Shown here: in pieces, positions 55,480 through 64,000 of the stretch
Numbering within the stretch: the stretch's first letter is position 1
Layout: every line of letters begins with the position of its first letter
From: Octopus vulgaris
Lineage: Eukaryota
NCBI GenBank assembly: GCA_951406725.2
Contig: OX597830.1
Span: 34,162,001-34,226,000, forward strand
Length of the DNA stretch: 64,000 nucleotides
Reading direction: 5' to 3'
Notes under the pieces: generated by a model
Told to the model about the DNA's origin: nothing
What the model saw: only the letters and a program-made list of their open reading frames with translations
Database searches by the model: none
Made by a program: the position numbers and the translations under genes

Positions 55480-55948
55480 AAGGCAATGTGCTTGCAGAAC
55501 CATTAGCACTCCAGGAAAAATGCTTAGCAGTATTTTGTCAAACTTTACATTCTGAGTTCAAATACTGCCTGGATTGACTTTGCCCTTCATCCTTTTAGGG
55601 TCAATAAAATAAGTACCAGTTGAATACTGGAGGGTCAATGTAATCGATTTATCCCTTCCCCCAAAATTGCTGGCCTTGCGCCAAAATTTGAAACCAATAT
55701 CATTATTGTTGATAATGTTGTAACTGTTAATAGTCTTTTCTACTATAGGCACAAGGCCTGAAATTTTGGGGGAAGGGGCAAGTCAATTAGATTGACCCCA
55801 CTACATGACTGGTACTTAATTTATCAACCCCGAAAGGAAGAAAGGCAAAGTCAACCTCAGCAGAATTTGAACTCAGAACGTAGTGGCAGATGAAATACCA
55901 CTAAGCATGTCACCTGGCGTGCTAATGAATCTGCCAGCTCGCCGCCTT
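55480..55948. mobile_element. Two family B SINEs in tail-to-tail inverted orientation
   Basis: Plus copy about 55480-55700, minus copy about 55735-55948. Confidence 0.75.
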
Positions 55949-56200
55949 TTTGTAATTGCCAGTAATGCTACTATTATTGATAAAGTTGTGAATGTTGATA
56001 GCATTATTGGTCTTAACTTTCTCTCTATGCCTGCAGCTGTTGGTAATGCTATTGTTGTTGTTGTTATAGTTAGTGTATTTGTCTTTTTTTAATCCTTTAG
56101 CATTCATATTATTCTGCTAAATGTAATGCTTATTTGTTCACTTTGTTTTGAATTAACAGTCCTGTACTATTCTATATTTTTGAAACGAAGAATTATGTAC

Positions 56201-56530
56201 AATATTTACAATGGATGGATCGCTGTCCTCCTTTTGTTTGTTCCTATCACAATGTTTCAGGTGATGTACTCTCCAGCCTTCATCAGGTGGTCTGGTGGAA
56301 TTTCGAACCTAACCCTTTATTTGACTAATGGGGGACTTGAAAAATAATATCAACAGCAAAATAACATCAGCAACATACCTTAGGAATGAGAACAGTATAC
56401 CCCATTAGTCAAATAAAAGGTTGGGTTTGAAATTCCACCAGGACAACTGATGAAGCCTGGAGAGTATATCAGCCAAAACGTGATAACAACAAACTGGGTG
56501 AGGATACCTATCTGTCCATTGTAAATAATA
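56201..56530. mobile_element. Inverted pair of hammerhead-bearing termini related to the 14020 element
   Basis: 56201-56334 is reverse complementary to about 56400-56528; CTGATGA cores at 56280-56286 (minus) and 56447-56453 (plus). Confidence 0.75.
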
Positions 56531-57103
56531 AACAATCATGTAGTTTTGATTTTTGATGTGGTGATTGTTTATTTATAGAATGTTGTTGTAGGGTTGGTGT
56601 GAGAGGCCAAGTTTGGCCAGTTTGAACATAAAACAGGGCAGATATGGCTGGTTTAAATGCTGAAGAGACAAGCATTCTTTCTATTGATACTGTTGTGGTT
56701 TCACCACATTTTAGCAACTAATGCTAAGGTGGTTGTTGTTTAGTTCTAGGTCACCTTTAATCAAGCAAACCTCTGATCAAAGATTGTCCCACATTGATCA
56801 TATCAAGTTATTTGTTTACATTTTGGGGCATTCATTTTCTTCAAACATAACAGGTCCACAATATGTCATGGATTATTTCTTTCTGAAGCTCATAAGATGT
56901 GCTTTGAGGGAGACCTGTGAGGTGTTTCTAGCAGATTACATGGTTGCATAGAAGTTCTCTCTTTCGGTTGTAGTTTGTGGTGATGGTGGTGGTGGTAGTA
57001 GTAGTAGTAGATTCACATCTTTGTTTGGCCATTAATGGAATACACTTACACAACACCACCTCTACCTCCTCACCACTCATTCTCTCTCCTTTTGTTTCCA
57101 CCT

Positions 57104-57148
<45 letters not shown>

Positions 57149-57280
57149 CTATCTTTATCTCCAAATACATTTGCTGAAAGTTTCTCTGAAATCTATGAAA
57201 TAGCCAAAAATATCAATAATTGTAATGAACTTGTGTTGTGCATTTTGTGTGTATATGTATGTGCACATATTAGTATATCT

Positions 57281-57311
<31 letters not shown>

Positions 57312-57330
57312 CATATACATATACTCATGC

Positions 57331-57398
<68 letters not shown>

Positions 57399-57944
57399 GT
57401 ACATATATATAGATACAGATATATATATATATATATACACATACATATATATAGATAAATACGTTTGTGTATGCATACAAATATATATGCATACATGGTT
57501 ATGACTGTACATATACATATACATGCAAACATACATACATACATAGATACATACATACATACACACAGTTACAAGTAGATGTAAATTGCTATTCACTCAC
57601 ATATTCTGCCACCATAAAAACGTACATGTGTGTATGTGTGTGTGTATGTAAGAAAAAAAAAAACTAATGTATACAAACATAATAGAAATGTATGGGGAAA
57701 TCTGAATATATTCAATATAATTAGACACACATAAACATACACTCACATATACATGCTATACAGACAGACAAATAACTCCTGTATACTTCTATATTTTAAA
57801 GATTGAATTCTTCATTTGTTTTGATGATGAATATTCCTGTTATCTGACCAACTAAATTACCTACTCACAAGTGGTTGTGTATTGCACAAACGTATATATA
57901 TTTATAAACTTAATTATAATTATAATATAAATATAAAAATACAT

Positions 57945-58850
57945 TATTGCTGGTCCCACATAAAAAGTACTAGTTCCATGTAAAAAGCATTGGCACTAGT
58001 GCCACATAAAATGCACTGGTGTTGGTGCTATGAAAAAAGCATTGGTGATGGTGCTATATAAAATGTACTAGTGCTGGTGCTATGAAAAAAGCACTGGTGT
58101 TGGTGCCATGTAAAAAGTACTGGAGCTGGTGCCATGGAAAAAGCATTGATGATAGTGCCATGAAAAAGGCATTGGTGATGGTGCTATATAAAAAGCATTG
58201 GTGATGGTGCCATGTGAAAGCACGGGTACTGGTGCCATGAAAAAAGCATTAGTGATGGTGCTATGCAAAAAGTGCTGGTGCCATGTAAAAAGTACTGGTG
58301 CTGGTTCCATGGAAAAAGCATTGATGATGGTGCCATGAAAAAGGCATTGGTAATGGTGCTATATAAAAAGCATTGATGATGGTGCCATGAAAAAAGCATT
58401 GGTGCTGGTGCCATGTAAAAAGCATTGGTGATGGTGCCATGTGAAAGCACTGGTGCTGGTGCCATGAAAAAAGCATTGATGATGGTGCCATGTGAAAGCA
58501 CTGGTGCTGGTGCCATGTAAAAAGCATTGATGATGGTGCCATGAAAAAAGCATTGGTGCTGGTGCCACGAAAAAAGCATTGGTGATGGTGCCATGTGAAA
58601 GCACTGGTGCTGGTGCCATGAAAAAAGCATTGGTGCTAGTGCCATGTAAAAGTGCTGGTGCCATGGAAAAAAGCATTGGTGATGGTGCTATGAAAAAAGC
58701 ATTGATGATGGTGCCATGGAAAAAAGCATTGATGATGGTGCTATATAAAAATCATTGGTACTGGTGTCATGTAAAATGTATTGGTGCTGGGGCCATGGAA
58801 AATGCACTGTTTAACATAAAAAGCACTGGTGATGGCATTTTAAAAAGCAC
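57945..58850. repeat. Minisatellite, ~20-24-bp unit TGGTGCCATGWAAAAAGCATTGGTGM
   Basis: Dozens of variant units seen directly; runs into a family D SINE body at about 58840. Confidence 0.95.
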
Positions 58851-59222
58851 TGAGTACACTCTGTAAAGTGGTTGACATTAGGAAAGGCATCCAGCTGTAG
58901 AACCCATGCCAAAAGCAGGCTGTGGAACCTGATGTGGACCCTGGACTTGCCAGCTCCTTTCGAGCCATCCAACTCATGCCAGCATTGAAAACTGACATTA
59001 AAGAATGATGATAAATTAATATTATGATATTAATTATATGTAGCACAACTGATATAATGAGTATGATTAGCACCATTTTGTCCACCTTTACATGATCAGG
59101 TTAAATTCTGCTTAGGTTGACTTTGCCTTTCAACCTTCTGGGGTCAGAGAAATAAGTATCAGTCATTACTGGAGGTAAATATAATCAATGCACTCTTCTC
59201 CTTTAAGAAAAGCACATGAAAC

Positions 59223-59275
<53 letters not shown>

Positions 59276-59498
59276 GATGATATATATATATATATATATA
59301 TTAACAAGACATGAGACATAGACATGTACTTAAGATAAACAAACACAGTTCTTTCTAGAAAGTTCATGCAAAGCTAAAATACATTTTGTATTGGACATAT
59401 ATCATTCTTTCTTCCTTTCTTTTTTCTGTCTTTTGTATTGTTGTTATTGTTTCTATCCTTTGCAACAATTATTGTCATCATCATCATCATTATTATTA

Positions 59499-59555
<57 letters not shown>

Positions 59556-59626
59556 TCTTACTACCTCTCTCAAAGTCTTATTTTTTCCACCACTTATCTT
59601 CCCCTCATTTATCTCCTCTTTCTCTT

Positions 59627-59662
<36 letters not shown>

Positions 59663-60176
59663 GACTTTTTTCTTTCTATAAACAAATTTACAACCAGAAT
59701 TGTGAAATAAAAGTATATATATATAGTCAGGAAATTATTGTTGTTTTTTGTTTTTTTCAACTGAACCACCTGTGGTTCAACTGAACCACAGTATTGCTGT
59801 TGGTGGTTGTGTTGTTGTTGTTCAACCCTAGGCAAATCTTGATAACCTTAGATCATTGGTTACAGGCACTCCTACCATGATCACCACAGTTTCTGTATCA
59901 TTTTTGTATCTTCAAACGTATCTTTTTTCTTTTCTTTCATATTCGAAATGTGATTTGCAGGAGATTTGACTGCTGTTTCTAACAAGCCAATATGCCTTCT
60001 ATAAGTCTCATGTTTTTGCTTTTGTTTCGTCCCAAATAAAACTTGAGTGAGTAGACCTATGATCAAAACTATTTAAACCCCACTGTCAGCTTTTCTTTAT
60101 GTATATCATGCTTGGGTTCATGATATTCAACATGTGTCTTTCATTTTCCCTTTAAGATGATAGACGTTTGGCTGCT

Positions 60177-60582
60177 ACATTATTTACATTATTTACATTT
60201 GACAGATATTTGTCATCTTGTTTGTTGTTAACACATTTCGGCTGATATACCCTCCAGACTTCATCAGGTGTCTTGGGGAAATTTCGAACCTGGGTTCTCA
60301 TTCCTAAGGTATTTTTCAGTGTTATTACTATTATTATTATTATTCATGTCACTGCCTGGAATCGAACTTGGAATCTTGGGGTTAGTAGCCCGCACTCTTA
60401 ACCACTGTGCCATATGTCCGTAGAATGAGAACTCAGGTTCAAAATTTCCCCAAGACACCTGATGAAGGCTGGAGGGTTATATCAGCCGAAACATGTTAAC
60501 AACAAACAAGATGAGGACAAATATCCATCAAATGTAAATAATGTAAATAATTCTTCATCTCTTAAATATAGAACTGTATTAA
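60177..60582 (-). mobile_element. tRNA-headed hammerhead-like element (minus) with inverted copy of its 3' region (plus)
   Basis: Minus copy 60177-60420 matches the 14075-14303 element; plus copy 60423-60578; 11-bp flanking duplication GTTTGGCTGCT at 60166-60176 and 60583-60593. Confidence 0.8.
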
Positions 60583-61719
60583 GTTTGGCTGCTGTTTCTA
60601 ACAAATCAAGCCACTGGCTTTTTGTGTGTATCCCATGTAAAAACTACATTGTTTTCAAACTCTCTCACCTAAATCAAAGCTAGGCTTTTTGGTTCATTGC
60701 CAAGAAGGCCTTTACAAGAAACTTTACAAGAAACCTCATAATTGTTGCAAATCGATCAAAATGGTTCTGTAAGTAGCATGTCTACAAATATAGCCATTGT
60801 ATCACTTGTTTGTTATGTTTCCAACTTCATTTTCTACTCATAGAACTCTACAAAATTGTTTTCCTCATCATCAAACAACTTACTTGTTACGGAGATAATG
60901 CGAAAGAGATAGTACACTGTTGTTCAACATCCTTGACATAACAACCGACCAAATGAAATCCATTTCAAACCAAACGTACAACCATCTTTAAAAAGGTGAC
61001 ATTAGATAATATAGTCCGAGGTATACTATTTCAAACTGGATATAAACAGGGACAATCATGGTTACAATACTTTTAACCATAGGTCTGATACATCAAACCT
61101 GGCTCCTCTTCCTCCTCCTCCACTTCCTCCTCCTCTTCCACTAAACCTTTATTTGATCCATAGCAATGCACTGCTCTCATTTCACTCTCTGCATTTCATG
61201 GCGATGTACATGTCATCATAGATGAAATGTGAATTAAAGAAATCCCCTGTACTGGAGTGGGACTACATTTTTTTGATCCAAAAAGGGACCGATGAATGTT
61301 TGTTTTTGTTGCTGCTGTTGTTTAGCCCCTCTGGTTATTTTGATTTTTGCAAAAGCCTAGAAAATTTTCATTGAATGTACATGTAGTTTTTTTCAGTTGG
61401 TCTTGTCATTCTATTTTCCATTCACAGAAGCAACATTCCTCTCTTTAATGATCAACAGGCTGTTGATTGATTGAAACTGTATGTGGTGCATGCAGCCACC
61501 ACTCCGTTTTTTTGTCTTGTTTTTCCTTTTCTTATTTCTTATTTATTTATTGATTTTGCCTATTTGTTTTTTTTTTTGACATCCAATGTCCTTGGTTGCA
61601 AAATGTTCATCCATCAGAAAGAGAAAAGATAATGAGCTTAGAAGAATTTTTTATAAGTCAGTTAGTGTTGAATTCATTAGATGGTGATTTACTTGACAAT
61701 GAAGGTGATGATATTGAAG

Positions 61720-61954
61720 TGTAATCACTATCATCATCATTGTCATCATTACCATCATCATCATCATCATCGCTATCATCATCGTCATTACTGACATCAT
61801 CATCATCGTCCTCATCCTTGTTGTTGTCGTCATCCTTATCATCATCATTATTGTCATCATCATCATCCTCATCGTTGACATTGTTGTCATCATCCTCACT
61901 ATAGTCATCATTATTATCATCATCATCACTATCTACATCATCGTTGTCGTCGTT

Positions 61955-61986
<32 letters not shown>

Positions 61987-62109
61987 TATCCTCATCATCA
62001 CTACTGTCAGCATCATCATCATCCTCATCATTGCTGTTGTCATCATCCTTATCATCATTATTGTCATCATCATCGTTGTCATTGTCATCATCCCCACTAT
62101 AGTCATCGC

Positions 62110-62156
<47 letters not shown>

Positions 62157-63000
62157 CTATCTTCATCATCGTTATCCTCCTCATCGTCGTCATCATCGTT
62201 TTCCTTGTCATTGTTGTCATCAACATTATAGCTAAGCATTGTAATTGTTTTAAAAATTATTAACAGAGCTTGACAGTCATTTCTTTCCTTCTCCCTCTTC
62301 TTCATCCTCCGCTTCCTCATCATCATTATCATTTATGTTGTCATTGCCATAATCTTCAAAGCTGTTATATCATACTCACTCGAAATATCGTCATTAGACA
62401 TCATCATTACCATCTCCCAGAGTATTATCGACAGCATTACATCATCATCATTATCATCATTGTCATCACCATTTTGGAAAAGATGATAATCAAGTAGAAC
62501 TGCCATTATGACCTTGAACATCATCATCATCATTACTGTCATCATTATCGTCGTCGTCTTCATCATCATCATTGTCATCAGCATCGTCGTCGTCGTCAAC
62601 ATCATCATCAGCATCATCATCATCAGAGTCATCATCATACGTATCAGCATCATCAGCATCATCATCAAGATCATTATCCCCATTGGCTGTTTTATGCTTT
62701 CACCCATCATTGCTAAACACATCTGTGCTGTCATCATCATAATTGTCATTGCCATCATCATCAACATTAGTATCTTCATTAACAACATCATCATCATCAT
62801 TATCTTCATCATCATCATCCTCATCATCGTCATCGTCATCATTGTTGCTGCTGCTGTCATCACCATCCTCCTTTTCTTTGAGATCATTATTAACTCTCAG
62901 CTGTATTGCATTTTTACCCATCATTGCTAAACTCATCTTTGCTGTCATCATCGTCATCATCATCATCATCATTTTCTTCATCATCATTGGCATCATCATT
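61720..63000. repeat. Degenerate (ATC/GAT)n low-complexity region
   Basis: Trinucleotide periodicity; internal duplication CCCATCATTGCTAAAC.CATCT.TGCTGTCATCATC near 62703 and 62917. Confidence 0.9.
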
Positions 63001-63344
63001 ACCCTTTCACCTTCTCTTTGGCAAAAGGTTTAATGATACAGATTGAAAAAAAAAAAAACCAAAATGAAAGAAAAAAACTTGCTGCATCAATAACAAAAAT
63101 CTTCAAATTAAATTGCTATCCCCACTAAAAGAAAAACAAAAAAAAAAACAAATAAAGCAATAATTAAACTAGTGAAAAATCTAAAAAAAAATATATATTA
63201 TTTTACAATTAAAAATGTCAACCAGACATTTTAAAATCAATTTGAGAAATTTCCAATAAAAAACATTAAGAATGAACAGCAGTAGTAGTAGTGAGCTGGA
63301 CTGCATTTATTGTTTGTTGTTGTTGGTGTTATTGTTATTATTAC

Positions 63345-63397
<53 letters not shown>

Positions 63398-64000
63398 TGA
63401 TGGGTTTTTGTTTCAAATCTAATCCAGGAAGCAGTCTTTATCAAAACAAACTTTAGAGTTGATCAGTTCCTATTGCTAAAATCACTTCCATTTTCTGTTA
63501 ATTAGTCTGTTTTATAAAAGATGTTTGGTTTTGGAAAAATTTTACTACCATTCTCTTGTGGAAAATGGTAAATGGAACCTTCATTCATTCTTTGATTAAT
63601 TCTCATCATAATTAGTCGGCATTCTTCATTGCTGTGTCAACTGACAATTAGCAATTCGATGTTGCCCAGAGTTTGGTGAGAAGGGAAAAAAAAAATTTTA
63701 ATAAAAAATTCTTTAAAAAAATAATGGCGTGAAAGAAAACCAAAACAATAAAATAAAAAATTCAAGAAATTAAATGGTAAAGAAAAATAAAATAAAATAA
63801 AAAATAAAACAAATATACATAATTTTTTCTTAACAAATTATAACAATAATGATGATGAGAATAATAATAATAGAAATAGTGGTAATAATAATGATGATGA
63901 TAATGACAGTGATGAACAAAATTTAATTAAATGGTATATGTGGATGTAAAATGTTTGCGGAAGCTAGTACATTACTATGTGTATGTATGTGTTCATGTGT

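Noticed and set aside
57945-58850. CRISPR-like regular repeats and repetitive ORFs
   Set aside because: Units are contiguous with no unique spacers, no cas genes, eukaryotic context
61658-62332. 224-aa Asp-rich ORF and overlapping Met-rich ORFs
   Set aside because: Degenerate (GAT)n is open in several frames; no signal peptide, reflectin-type motif or splice context; transcript evidence would be needed

Overview
AT-rich animal genomic DNA, most likely a coleoid cephalopod (Octopus-like, inferred from the SINE repertoire and microsatellite density). I can support no host protein-coding exon; nearly all ORFs in the track are microsatellite artefacts. The window is a mosaic of (TA)n/(CA)n/(AAT)n/(ATC)n repeats, several tRNA-derived SINE families, decayed DNA transposons (a near full-length mariner, a maT/DD37D-like copy, a Tigger/pogo remnant, piggyBac-, hAT- and mariner-type MITEs, two Helitron-like elements) and LINE fragments (RTE-like RT, R4/Dong-like endonuclease). 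The most notable signal is a set of type I hammerhead-ribozyme-like motifs (CUGANGA-stem II-GAAA-palindromic stem III-UH) in about five unrelated short repeat families, several with the inverted-terminus layout of Penelope-like elements. One family joins a tRNA-like Pol III head to a hammerhead-bearing tail. Two long hairpins, a foldback element and a few candidate cis-regulatory islands are also noted. All calls were made by eye; no database searches or folding computations were run.
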